A stretch of DNA of 50,100 bases, filler included, from Sphacelaria rigidula (taxonomy: Eukaryota), in NCBI GenBank assembly GCA_964200075.2. It is 3 parts of 3 records of this genome, joined end to end, with 100 filler letters (N's around TTAATTAATTAA, not from the genome) between each part and the next. Parts side by side here need not be neighbours in the genome. Positions count along the whole stretch, not along the records: positions 33,478 to 50,100 come from CAXNAA020001296.1; 2 more parts are not named here. One strand, written 5' to 3'. This document shows, one piece after another, positions 33,478-46,160 of this stretch. The first letter of the stretch is position 1; each line of letters starts with the position of its first letter. Made by a program: the position numbers and the translations under genes. Under the pieces are notes generated by a model. The model saw only the letters and a program-made list of their open reading frames with translations. It made no database searches and was not told where the DNA came from.

Positions 33478-36400
33478 CGAAGATTTTAATCCTCCGGGTT
33501 CTCATCCTCAATCAAAAGCACCATCCTCAACATAGATGATTGGCTGTTTAAGAGTGACAACAACAACTTGAACCACAAGTATATCGTACTTCGAATGTTG
33601 CCTTTTGTATACCAGGCTGTGGGAGTGTCCTGATGTCGGTGTTCGCTGTATTCCCCGGGAGTTGAGGCTGGAAGTAAAAATCTGACGTTACATATGCATT
33701 TACTACCACTACCCGTACTGCTGTGCAATGTACTGTAATACCTTCCATACTGCACATCCCCCACTATTATTATACCGAGAATACTCTTCTGGCTATGGGT
33801 CTGAACTCAACAGGACAAATGTGGCATTATAACAAAGTATAACAAATATTGCTAGCGGATTCTAGAAGGCGTTTCTCCAAATAAAGTCCTTGGGTCGTGA
33901 GCCACACGAACCCGTCTTCACATCCGGCTTCGACTCGTGAAGGAAGTAAAACCAGCAGTACAAGGAGCTTCCACCCTACCATCAGCAATACAACTCTGAT
34001 TCAACACAAGGCTGAATCAGGCGCCGTGTCCCTTCAACCGAAATTGCACCTACCTTGTGTCTCTGTGTCCCTTCTGAGGGGGGCATAAACCTCGAAGAGA
34101 AGTAAACCAAAGTAGTAGCTCGGAGCTTGGTACCCAAGGACAGCCGGTGTATGATCTGTTCAGCGGCTAAACAGCACCACCTCTCACTACTACCGTGCGG
34201 AAGCAATACAGTCAGCACATGCCCGAGCTTGCAGCTACGACGAAAGTCTATTCAAAGAATACGGAAGGATTCTTCGCTATTGGTGAGTCGACAGCAATGA
34301 ATACATCCTCCTTTCGCGTGTTCGAGCTGCCTTTGTCAACACCAAACGTGAAAGAAAGTAACGTATACTATAATCCATTACTTGAGCTTCTAGACAGACT
34401 CACCCACCCAACGCGCCATTCGTGTCCTGTAGTGACTATACCGTCGAACCTGTTGCCGTCTCGTACGAGCTTCAGATCGAATGGACGTGGGTAACAGTGT
34501 GGTAAATGTCATGGACATTGTTGATGAGCAGTAGGTTGAGGTGTCACATGGTCGGCTCATTACTCTGAGGAAGGCGCGTTGATATTTCCGTATAGTTTCC
34601 AAGTTTCGGTGCATGTAGGTTGTTTAGACCGCCTGAACAGAGACCCCGATGTCACAGCTTCCTGCCCCATACTACCCAGAATTGAGATACTTTCTGCATT
34701 CCATTACTTCACCTTTGTCGTCTGTACAGATTCCACTCGACAATTATGGTCCCCACCGTTTGACTGTAGAACTGATTTTTTTGTGTTGAACAATAACCGT
34801 CTGTATTATTTTGCCCATCTGTACTGGTACTGGGACATTATTCTGGATTGAAACTCAACTTGTGTACCAGGTACAGTTCACTACTACTGTACTGTGCTGC
34901 TGTTCTGTAGTTCACCGCCCTGTCGTCATTCATCGTTCATAACGTACCACAGCGCACCACAGGACACATTTGAGGAAATGGGCCCGTGACTTAACCCCCA
35001 TGGACTCGCCACTCATTTCGGCAGATGAGGAGGATCCATGACCCCTCACGTATTGAAAGTGTCAACTACAACGTTATTAGTATAGCGCTGTACGTTTGGT
35101 GTAAAGTTGCATTAGGGGCAGGTGCATCCACTTCTCGGTCAGCACTCATCACCTCTTCAACCAATGAAGCATCCCGGTGTGCCTGCCAGCCGCAAAAAAG
35201 ACGTGATGGCTTTCTGTTCCTCGCTATACCATACTGGTGCTGTGCGCTGTGGCAGTTGCGCGGGGAACGCTTTTGACGACACCCGACAATTACCTTGGAA
35301 TTTACATGGCTTCTCGTGAAAAATTGTGGTGGGTGAGTAACTGAAGTTAGCCTCTAGAGTCTCTGATGCCATGACGAACTATCGGCTGCCCATGGCGTCG
35401 AAAAAGTAGTCCACCGCCAAGGGTCCACCAAAAGAACGGGCCTAACCTTGTATCACAGGCTGCGGGGGTATTTTAGGGTACATAATGTGTCATACACGAA
35501 ACCCACGGTCACGAATGTCGCACACGATCGATCCGCGAAACCTTGTTATTCCTTCAAATATTTCCGCTAGCAGGTGCGTGGTGGGGATGAAATCGGTGAT
35601 GAACTAGCGCATTATTTTCATGGTGCCCACTGCAGCTGACTCGTGCTGCGTCAACGCTTTTACGACTGCCAAATATGACGAACGTCAAAGTGCCGAGGTG
35701 CACAGTCACAGGAGTCACCCCCTGAAGCACCGCACACATATTACCCAGTCTGAACTGCTGTCCTGTGGTGTACTGTTCTTCACTGTGGGGAGGTCCAACA
35801 CTAAGTGAAGGGTGTGGCACGTGTACATGAACGCCGTTGGGCCCTAGTCCGTGCTTGAATAGTACATGAATTATACTACTGTTATGTACTACTGTGGTGG
35901 TGACTTTGTTAACCTGGTTTTCGGTGGTGCTCGACCGGTCACAAAAGCACCAGGCGGAGTATCAAGCGCCTAGCGATCAAGAACGGGCGATTGTCATGTA
36001 TTTGTCCGTGAAAAAAAAGCGTCCGGCATCAAGTATCTTGTCCCTCAGAAGAAGGACCAGGTGCTCGTCCCTGTCTTCCCCCTCCCGTATGCCTTCAAAG
36101 TCTCCCCCGTTTATGTAAGGCGGGTTTAGAGGACGTGACTTCGGCCGCTTGTCATACTGGAAAGAAGTCACTGAGAGAAGTCGTTTCGGTCAATTTTCAG
36201 AAACGTTTTCAGTACCCGTCCTTGTACGGCCATCCTTCATCAAGGAAGTACCCCGAACTAACGGAACGCGAGATTTTGCCAAATATCTCGAAGAAAAGTC
36301 AATTTTCGGAGATTTGACTGCCTGGAGAGTGACGTCCCATCACACACTCCTAGCAATTATGTGTAGTCCAGTCAGGGCAAGTGTAGCTATGCATTGCATG

Positions 36401-37289
36401 TTGTATGTACACAACCGTGACAACATGACCGTAGGAACGATAACCACTAGAACAGTACAGGGCTTTTTTGCGAGCATTACTACTAAAAAATAGCACTTGT
36501 CGCCCCTTCTGACTGATTTTCACCCGAGTCTGTTACGTACGACTCGAACCGTACTGCTGCACACTGCATAGGGTACGACACTACCTCACCGAGCGGCGGT
36601 CGGCTGAAGTGAGGGTTGGTATGCCTGGTCACACCATGCCAGCAGCTTCTGTGCGCGTGTGTGTCATTCCATCCATTTTGTACCTTCACGTTATTATTCA
36701 CGTGTTGTTTCACCGCGGGTGGCATGAACACAAAATGCAAATGATACATCACCACCGCCCGCACGGAGGTTGGACGATTGCCTAGGGTGTAGAAACCCAC
36801 AGGATTCTTTCATGAGGCTAGGGGGTGGTGTTTTGAAAGCTGACACACTTAAAACGTCCGAGACTAGTCGTCTGCCCGACATTTTCCAAATCTACAAGAA
36901 AAGGCCTCAATTTGGGTAAGAATAATGTTATGAAAAACGGCGGTGACGGGTCGCTTCGACACCCCCCGTTTCTGAGAAAGAAAAGAGCATCAAGAGGGGA
37001 AAAATACATCGAATTTTTCTCCCCGTTCTGTTCCATCGCTCTCGCTGTATTTTGTCGTATTCGCAGCCTCAGAATAGGCGCTCGAAATCGAGCGAAACGC
37101 GGATAGGATACGAGGATACTCGTTCGTATTGCTCGTTGAGGACGTACGTAAGCGAAGCGACCGAGCGCGCACCTCCACAGGTGTCGAAAAGGCATCGTCG
37201 CACTAGGAAGAGCAGCACGGTCGGCAGCAGCGGGAACATTGTAGTAGGGGCAACAGCAGGACGAAGAAGACAAGGAGCAAGGCCAAAAC

Positions 37290-37345
37290 ATGTCGGGAAA
37301 CATCAACATTTCGGGCCTCGAGCCGATCGATGACCCCGAGTATCG
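37290..37345 (+). CDS. EIF5: eIF5 exon 1
   Basis: AAAACATG start; [19 protein letters not shown]; donor CG|GTGAGT. Confidence 0.9.
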
Positions 37346-40300
37346 GTGAGTGGTTGAACCATGTTGTGCTAACAGTAGAGTTTGCCGGCGTTGGGCTACA
37401 GAGTATCATGGTTAAGATAGATTTGAGTGTGTACAACGAGGCTCGGAATTTTAGCAAAGCGACAGTCTTGTGTCCTGTGTGCTCCCGCGTGCGCAAAACG
37501 TTTCGTCTAAACTCGCTTCACAGGCGCCGATTTGAGGTATTAAGGCCGCACTTTGCCTAGGGAATGTATGAACCGCCCTTGCTCCAGGTTTCTCGGTATG
37601 CCCTTGGTTGGGGTCAGGGTTGAGGGTAGCGATACTCACATGATTGTGTCAGCGTCGACATTTGTGGCCCAATACGCGTAAAGTAGCCTTCCTGGTGAAG
37701 CCCGCAATCACTCGTGCTCTCACGATTCACTTTTGTGGGCCATGATCCACTAGTATTCCTGCTGTAGGTGTTTGAATCTAGTTGGATTCTCGCCATGAAA
37801 AAAACAAAACAAGGAGGAGTACGAGAATTCTGGACTCGGGTGAAACAGTCATGAGAGTCCGTTCATCCCAACCCGCAGCCGACGACAATTGAACGTGTTC
37901 GGCACATCCTATACCTTTCCCTCCCCACCTCTTCTCGAAAGGGATGCGTGGTCAATGGTCAAACGACTGAAGCGAGCAACAAGTGAGCACCCCTTCCCCT
38001 CCCCCCGCCCTTCCGTCACGTTCTTTATTTAGCAAAAGTGCTCTTGTAGGGTTGTATCGTTGTGTACTGCCCGTGATGACGACAGAAATGGTTTCGCGTC
38101 CGTCTGACCCTCGCATCGTGTCTGCCGCGCAAGATTTGATCGATCACTCGTGTGTTTTGCTTTCGGAGGATTGAACAAATTAGACGTGCACCGCCTTTAC
38201 CTAATGTGGATCACTGTATCCTCTATCGTCATTCGGTGGCCGAGCAGGTACAAAATGCCGCGCGTAATCGGAAAGGTGGAGGGTAAGGGTAATGGCATCA
38301 AAACCGTCATCTTTAACGTGACCGACTTGTCCATGGCCCTCAAGCGTGACCCCGGGGAGGTCTGCAAGTTCTTCGGCACCGAGCTTGGTGCTCAGGTCAG
38401 TCTCCGTTACCCAGTACTGACATTGGGGGTGGGCTCTTATGTGGTGCGTCTTCAGTTCCACATTCCCTTGACCCAAGATGCCGTGATTCACGAATCCATA
38501 TCATGTTGTAACTGATGTTTGTGTTTGTGTGCTGTCATCCCATCTATGCTTGACGCCGGTCAACGCCTTTCGGTACGTGAGCACCCCGGCCAGGGGAACC
38601 AACACAGGAGTAGTTTTTCTTCTGTAGATCTCCATCTGACTTCTGCGGTGCTTGCCCTCATTTTTTATCGCGAGAGGGGTTCAACGATCCCCTTTCCACG
38701 TCGATCATCACCTCGATTTTATTGTACCCACGACATGATCGCTCTCCACTGTTGAGCAATGTATGAAGAAAAATCCCAGATGATTGCTCGGAGATTTGAA
38801 CCCACAATCCAACCGTCAGGAGGCTTCGAGGTTACCAACTGACGCACCGGGGCGACCTATGTACTGTTGCTGTACACATTTCCACTCGCTCCGACTACCT
38901 GGCTGTCGAGCCATATTTATTCTCCCGGCTGCCGTGGGTTGTTTGAACACATGAAAAGAGTACGTGGAACTGTACGGTCGTCGCTGCCCACTCCGTTGAC
39001 GGCTACCATTGCTGCACGGGGAGGGTTTGCGAAACAGATGTGGTACCGGGTACGATTCCTCCCCATCCCGTTGCGGCGGTGAAGTTGAAAAATGATGAAC
39101 GGAACGGGGCGGTGAAGAGGATGACGACTCTGGGACAGCGTCTCTCGCTGCGAAACTTTGAACTTGGTGTAGTAGCCTCGGTTAGACCCTATATATACAG
39201 GCGTTATCTCCGGAAATATGCGTTCAACGCGGGGTTGAAGTGAGGTCTCCTCACTACCCTTTCCCTTGTGTTTTTGTCTTCGACCCTTTTTCCCGGCGTT
39301 TCTGGACCAGACGCGTTACAACGAAGAGGACGAGCGTGCGATTGTGAACGGTGCTCACACAAACGCCATTCTGCAGCAGCTGGTGCACAAGTATGTTGAG
39401 CTCTTCGTGCTCTGCCCCAACTGTCGTCTTCCTGAGAGCAGTGAGTTGACGTGTGTTCTTGCTGGGGGCACGTACTTTGCTGCATCGACAGAGTATACCG
39501 CTGGCCTTCGACATACACTCGTGATGGCTGGATACGAGAAGTCCCCGCGTGCATTTCGCGTCCGTTGGTATGTCGTACGCCATATCCTAGCCATCCAACG
39601 GTTGAAGTGCCCAAGGCTGTCCGTCCCGGGAAAAGCCCTCACATTCCCCCCGGGGCTTGGTACATTGAACTAAAGCATTGCCATAGCGGCGCGCCCGTGG
39701 GCTAGGTGCGTGAGACGTTCTCACACGCCGTGTCACACGCGCTATTCATTGCTTGCACGATGACCGCTCATGGTGGTCTCCATGTCACCCACTAAGTGTA
39801 CACTCCGTATTGTACTCATCACGACACGACATGTGGGTTGCAATCGCGGCAGGTCCGACTTTCCTGTTCCCATTTAAGCGTCGTCCCTTCAACAGAGCAT
39901 CATTCCCCCCCTCCCCCCTGCCCCCTCTAGGCCACCGGGGGTTGGGGTTAGGGTCAGGGTTATGGTTAGGACTATGGCATGCATGACTATGAGTACACCC
40001 ACTAGGCCACCGGTACAACTTGGGTGCCGAAATGTTTGATTCTATTTTGTCCATAGCGATCAGCTTTCTCTTCGCATTCGGCACGTCATGAAACACCGTG
40101 GAGCGCGTGAGATTGGGTGAGTCCGGTTCTGTTCGGTGGAAGGAGTGCAGCGAAATAATTGCCGCAGATATGATTTTTTTCGATATTTCTTGTTGAAGCG
40201 GTGATTTCACGTACATCCGGCATGTCGCGAAGCACATATATTGTGTTCATTGGCGAGATACGTTGATCTGTTCGTCCTCCCGACAGCTCGAAAAGCGTAG

Positions 40301-43300
40301 ACTGATGAAGAGCCACTGCGTTCTCTTGTGAGGAGCTAATTTACTCGAAATCTTATACGTTCGCCCTTGATAATTGGACAAAAGAGCTGCCACATGGAGA
40401 AAAGTAAGCCTTCCATTTCCCACATCGACATTTTGTATCGAATTGCTTCAGAGTACAAGATCAAGGGAGGAGCCATTTTCCACAAGTGCTATGCTTGCGG
40501 AGCGAAGGAGATGGTGGATATGTCACACAAGGTGAGCTGACACCCGTTGTTGAATTCACAGGAACGCGCTCTATGCTGTAGAATCTGGTGTACACCACAG
40601 TCGTGACGGGGGGTGTCGGTGACCTTGTGGTGTATCCTTTACAACGTATGAGTCGTTTCGAAAACGCTACATTTGCTTCTTCTCGTCATGCCACGACCTA
40701 GTCTTGAACGTGGATGTGCGACTGCCGGTCTTGACGTTGGTGTTTGTCTGCGTGTATTTGCACGCGAGACGAGTAGAATTCTCGTCCTTGGTCGTTGCCC
40801 CACCAAAACTTGACCATTTGTGCAGTCGTCAACGCATCGGACCCTCTCGGTTTTTTTTTTATCCTGGTCGCCATGGACAGCTGTGTACCTTCATCGTCAA
40901 TTCCGCCAAGAAGTCTAAGAAGGACAAGGAAAAGGAGAAGAACTCTAAGGACAAGAAGCGTGAGAAGAAGGTATGATTTGTCAAGTTGATGAAGCGCGGT
41001 ACATGTTCATTCGTTTTCCTCAGTGATGTCACAGTGATGATTTTTACTACAATGCGTCGTCGAGGTGGATTTGTTCTTCGTTATTTCACCAACTAGCCTT
41101 GACTGACCCTGAAACGTGGGGTGTGTGTATCGGTTCACCATGATCGAGTCATCATGTGGATACGGTGTGCTGTATCTGATTGGTAAATGGCGGCGACAGT
41201 TTGCCGCTAATGCGCTCATTGTAGGTACCATGAAATCATTATCCACTGCATGATTAATGTAAAAGAAGATCAGTTTTCCTGGAGCGCAACCACCGATATG
41301 TAGGCGATGCATCGGTGCGATTTTGTCATGAATATATCTCGACATTGTATTCGATTTCCACCGATACACGGTCGTACAAGAGGTTGGCAGGATGCGAGGA
41401 TGATATTTTCTCTCACTAGATTCAGCGAATGTACGTTCTTTCGTGTACTACTCTTGATACAGGTACACGGCTATGATGAAGCCCTGTTCGGACACCAAAT
41501 TGTCAACGTGACACCCTTCATGGGCTGGGTTTATGCTTGTGATGGTGATTGGAAAACAGTGAAGGATTCGGTTGCGATTTTTTTCGATACGAGAACGTGA
41601 ATTTGTGGTGGGTTTGCGCACCCTGGACAAAATATTATAGTAAAAAAATGTACTGCGTACAGTATAGAATCCAGTGTCTGAAGCAATGGGCACAATAGTC
41701 GATACTGTACGCGGTGCGCTTTTTGGCTGTATTCGTTTGTCCAAGGACTGTAGGTATATAGGCTGTCAGCGGCCGACCAATTTGAACTCATTCTTGTGCC
41801 GTGGTTGTTGATGCTCTGTTGTTGTCCCAACACGGATGACATTCGTTGAAAGGAAGACAAGAATGCTCATCTGCCCCGTCACATTAGTTACGGACGGGTC
41901 AAAGAATGACGCACATTTCCCGGATTCGTGTCCATGTGCGTTCTTGCAATCTCAATGTTGAACCTAATCGTTCGGCGTTTTTTCGTGTTTTTTTCGTGTC
42001 TGTCGATGTCCTTATTGATGGAAATCAGGACAAGAAGAAGGACGACGATGGTGACGACGCCAACGATTCTCCCAAGGAAAAAGAGAAGAAAGAGAAGAAG
42101 AAGAAGGTGATACCTTACTGTTGAGTATTTTCTGTCTCTTTCCCCGCTGCACCTTGCCCCCCCCCCCCCCCCCCAGTTCCTCGTCCCCCCGTCCCTCCTC
42201 CCGGAATATAATTGGGCGGCCTCCGCAGTGCAGTCATGCGCATGCTTTGCGTAGGCATTGGTCCAAACGGGCGCAATGTAATTTGAGCGTGAAAACCGTG
42301 CCCTATAAACTCGAGTCCGACAGCGTTGGTGATGCTTCGTCACTGAGTTCTTGCCTTCCGCTGCGCAAAGTAGTGGCCAGATGAAGGCTGATTGGGAATG
42401 CTTTGTCCCACCTCTTTTTGGGGGGTTGGTGATGAAGCGGAAGTTAAACAAGAGTCAAACAGAATCTTCTTCGACTAGCAGCGGGTGGAGGTGCCTGGAG
42501 AATTATGTCTTCCTATCGCCCGCCGGGCACAGGCTGGCCGATTTATTCCATGCGGTCGCGGTAGCTGTCCATAATGTGAAGGAAATCGTGGGTATCATCT
42601 CCATACTGTCTCATCGTCAACTACGCTTGTGACTACCGGTTGGCTGTAGACAGTACTGAAAAAGGTTTGCGCTTTACTCGTTTTTGCTGTTTGGGGTCGG
42701 GCGGGGGCTGGGGTACACGGCAAACGGCGCTTGCAGGACAAGAAGAAGCGTGACAAAGAAAACGGAGCGAGCGTGGACAACGGCGATAACAAGGAGGATA
42801 CCAAGTGAGCTTGAACATAGTCGCGAAGGAAATATCGGATGATCTTTCACTCGCAGTGATGATATTTTTTCACCTACTCCGAGCAACGTTATTACCCTGG
42901 TGCCATTGGGCTGGTGACCAGTAGTCTCCATATTTGATGAATTGTGATGAAGTAACGTGAGATCCAGCAGGTTACTCTAGGAGATACGGGGGGACCCCCT
43001 AAGTGCTGTACGTAGCGAGGGAAGGTTAGTCAGAAGTAGCCTCGGAATTAATGACGAACGCGTAATCTACTCTTATCTCGTCGAGAGAGATGGCGGGGTA
43101 TATTCGGCGCGCGTGTGACGTTGGTTTTTCGACTGCAGGGTTTTTTTCTTCTTTAATGCTGTTCTGTGCATGTTTTTAATCACGTATCACAAGGGCGAAC
43201 GCGAAACCTTACCTGCTCTGTTTTTTTCATATTATTCTCATATCTCATGTGTTCGGTTTCTTTTCTGTTTTTTTTGTATGTATTCCTCTCGACTGCCCCG

Positions 43301-43621
43301 TCCGCGCAGCGAATTTGGAGACGTGGTGGCCACGTCACAGAGCCTCGAAGTCGAGGACGCTCAAGCATTCGAAGATTCTGTGGCAGCTATTCGCCGCCAC
43401 ATGGATGATGGCACCTCCGACGAGCTCTTATTCGAGGTGAGACGTGGAAGAAGGAGATGGGGTAAGGAAAAGGAGGGGGGCGGGGGGGGGGGGGGGGTAC
43501 TCATTTTTTCCTTGCCTGGGTCTTTTGACCATCGCCCAGCCCTCCATTTTTAACGGGGGCATGGTTCTACCTCNNNNNNNNNNGCAAACACACGTGGTGG
43601 GCGTGGCGCGGGGGTGTGCGT

Positions 43622-43685
<64 letters not shown>

Positions 43686-46160
43686 CGTACTCATTTTTTG
43701 CTTGCCTTGGTCATTTGACCACTGACCACGCATCACTTTTGACACGGAGCATCGTTCCTACTCCTAATAGAGGCACCTCCAACATTCTGGCGCCCATGAC
43801 GTTCCTTCCGTAGCTCAAGTTTCTTCCATACACAACACAAGAACTTCTTAGACATCTTATCCCCGTCCTGTTTCGCCGTCTCTGGCGACCATCTATCTCC
43901 TAGTATAGCCATCGTTTTCTCCCTCCAGTCTAACGCATCAAACGGTTTCATGCCAAAGAGGGGGGGGGGTGCATGATCTCGGCATGCCATGGTTCTGTGA
44001 CCTTGAACCTCGTATCACTATGAAGCCGGGACGGAGCACGCAGATTTTTGGTCGAAGCAGGCCACAAAGTGTGTGTGTGGGGGGGAGGATGAGTTAGAGG
44101 AGGAAAGAGAGAAATTGTGTCCGTGTACTGAGTATTCCAGAGTTTTTCCTGGAGAAAGTAAAAGAGCAAAGGTCGTCCGGCCTGTAATAAAAGCATCTCA
44201 CCCACCTTCCATCAAGGCGATTGGGGCGTGGGCGGTGAGTTGATGAGGTGAACGTCCCCCGCAAATTCGTGAGAATTCCTGATCGATGTGAGTTGTCGCG
44301 AGCCGCTTGGCATCTCGCCTACTCCGCTACGGGGAAACATGATGTGATGTTGATTACACTGGTGGTCGCAGCAGGGTGATCGGATGCATACGCGTCCACG
44401 ACACATCCCACGAATACACCGCTGAAATATCCAAGATGGCGGTAGCTCACGGCGAATGATTATGGTTCCCCTGTTTTTTTCCCTGCATCGAATTCGTCTC
44501 TTGTTACGTTTTTCCGTGACTGGTTCGTCGAAAATGATGGCCCAATTTACCCTCGGACTCATCCTCGTGTTATTGCTTTTTTTGTATTTGCTGCAGGAGA
44601 TTCGCACGGCCCAGACTTTCGCCGCCTTCCCTGTACACTACCGCACGTACCTTTACGTGGTGGCAGCCTTTGCCGAGGCGGACAAGGTAACGATGGAGGA
44701 CATCGTCTCCAGGGCGGGCATGTTCAAGCTGCTCGAGATTCGCCCGGAGGACGACCAGAGGCACATTATCGGCGCCTTTGAACTGCTGTGCGCGGTGAGC
44801 TTCTCGTATATTCCACAGCGATTTTGATTCGTCATGGGCCGGTCGCCCCGGTGGTGCAATTGGTGATCTCCGGAGTGATGTAAGATTTTGTTTTTTCCGG
44901 AGCGACCTGGTATTTTTCCTTACACTCTGCTTAGCCATGGAGAGCGACTATGTCGTGGGTTCACAAAATTCGAGTCAACGGCCGACGAGGAGAAAGGACT
45001 GCTAACCTTTCGCGATGAAAAAAAAAACGAGCACCGCAAAAGGAGCGTAGGCTACTACAAACAAATGAAAATAAAGAGCCCTTGTGTTGACCTTCCCCGT
45101 GTGTGAACCCGGCTGATGTGCCCACATATCCCGAAAGGTGTAGAATGGCGCCCAGAATAGATGGGACGGCAGCACACGAGACCCGTTCGTTGTTTCCCGT
45201 GATGGTATGCATGGAATCGGCGCATGTGCTGTACTGTGAGTGGGATGTGTTGCGTTGATGCTTACTGTGCTTCCGAAAGGGTGGGAAAAGTTCACTCGGG
45301 AATCTACGTCAAACCACTCGTATTTACTTTTTTTTGTGTGAATGTTTTTCTCCCTTTGTACTTGGACGCAGATCCACCGTCCCTGCCTGTTGAGCTTCTT
45401 CCCCATCATCCTGAAGCATTTGTACGACGCCGATGTGGTGGACGAAGATGTACTCCTCGCGTGGGCCGCCGAGGTTGAGCCGTCCGAGACCTTCACGTCG
45501 TCCGCCCTCAGCGTGGACCAGTTCGCCGAGCTGCACAAGAAGGCTGAGCCCTTCGTGGTGTGGCTACAGCAGGCTGACGAAGAAGATGAAGAGGAAGATG
45601 AGGTGGGTTCGTGGAAAGAGTGACTTTCACGAAAGTTTGCCGTGAGAAGAAAATATGGTGTAGTGGGTTGACGGAAGAACTTGATCACGAACCTGGAGCG
45701 AGCGCAACCTGAACATGAAACCAACTTCGTCAAGGGTCGATCACAAGCCACTCTCCTTTTTTGTATTATTGTGGTGAATCCCAGCAGTTACAGTCACCCC
45801 TAACAGATTCCGCTGCATTCCGTTCCTGGGGGATCGGGTTGGGTTCACATTTGTGTTGACTACTGAGTCCCATAAGCGGGATAACCATCTGGGTACCTCC
45901 TGCTCGTTGTGACGGTCATATGCTGGATGTCACGAGGTCTGCCCTCTAACATGGCTGATGCTGCTCGAGTAGCCTATGAGGGCGGCATACATCGTCCTGA
46001 GCCTACGCTGTGCTGCTTGGATGCAGATCAGGTCCAACGTAACCCGCGACGCAAATCCTTCTCTAACGTTCCGTCCCTGGATCGTCGCTCTTGTATTCCT
46101 CGCCTCCGGTTGTTTGTCGTCCATCACTTTTCCATTTCTTCGCAGGATGACAGCTCGTAA
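37290..46160 (+). CDS. EIF5: Eukaryotic translation initiation factor 5 (eIF5), 11 coding exons, 406 aa
   Basis: Exons 37290-37345, 38248-38395, 39311-39440, 40452-40531, 40881-40970, 42029-42106, 42737-42804, 43310-43436, 44597-44794, 45372-45602, 46146-46160; all GT-AG, in frame, 1221 nt total. Motifs: DPEYRYKMP (GAP Arg), [31 protein letters not shown]...CYACG zinc ribbon, Lys-rich linker, W2 AA-boxes [18 protein letters not shown] and [14 protein letters not shown]. Confidence 0.95.
37485..37627 (+). repeat. Second copy of the telomere-repeat-tailed element
   Basis: GGCGCCgATTTGAG...CCCTTGCtCCAGGTTTCTCGGTATGCCCTTGGTTGGGGTCAGGGTTGAGGG. Confidence 0.65.
38248..38395 (+). CDS. EIF5: eIF5 exon 2
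   Basis: [49 protein letters not shown]. Confidence 0.95.
38518..38857 (-). mobile_element. tRNA-derived SINE (eIF5 intron 2)
   Basis: Same family as 9891-10250. Confidence 0.85.
39311..39440 (+). CDS. EIF5: eIF5 exon 3
   Basis: [43 protein letters not shown]. Confidence 0.95.
40452..40531 (+). CDS. EIF5: eIF5 exon 4
   Basis: [27 protein letters not shown]; not in the ORF track. Confidence 0.92.
40881..42804 (+). CDS. EIF5: eIF5 exons 5-7 (40881-40970, 42029-42106, 42737-42804), Lys/Asp/Glu-rich linker
   Basis: [20 protein letters not shown]...; [49 protein letters not shown]. Confidence 0.85.
43310..43436 (+). CDS. EIF5: eIF5 exon 8
   Basis: [42 protein letters not shown]. Confidence 0.88.
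43622..43950 (-). mobile_element. LINE 3' end copy with ~60-nt poly(C) tail (eIF5 intron 8)
   Basis: [32 protein letters not shown] homologous to 17940-18060, followed by a long C run on the minus strand. Confidence 0.75.
44597..44794 (+). CDS. EIF5: eIF5 exon 9
   Basis: [25 protein letters not shown]...[13 protein letters not shown]. Confidence 0.9.
44839..45180 (+). mobile_element. tRNA-derived SINE (eIF5 intron 9)
   Basis: GGTCGCCCCGGTGG head (partly deleted), conserved body, CCAGAATAGATGGGACGGCAGCACAC tail. Confidence 0.8.
45372..45602 (+). CDS. EIF5: eIF5 exon 10 (W2 domain AA-boxes)
   Basis: [31 protein letters not shown]...[20 protein letters not shown]. Confidence 0.93.
46146..46160 (+). 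CDS. EIF5: eIF5 terminal coding exon (DDSS*)
   Basis: Strong polypyrimidine acceptor CACTTTTCCATTTCTTCGCAG|GATGACAGCTCGTAA; the alternative is read-through to TGA at 45623. Confidence 0.65.
   Translation, partial: DDSS

Noticed and set aside
37050-37289. Autoregulatory upstream AUG uORFs known from eIF5 mRNAs
   Set aside because: No ATG found in the ~240 nt upstream of the start; the transcription start is unknown, so nothing is claimed
43428-43813. Poly-Pro/poly-Gly ORFs
   Set aside because: Translations of G homopolymers (LINE tails) beside a 10-N gap; the 43475-43540 duplicate may be an assembly echo
45002-45751. 249-aa minus-strand ORF
   Set aside because: Antisense shadow of eIF5 exon 10 plus SINE sequence
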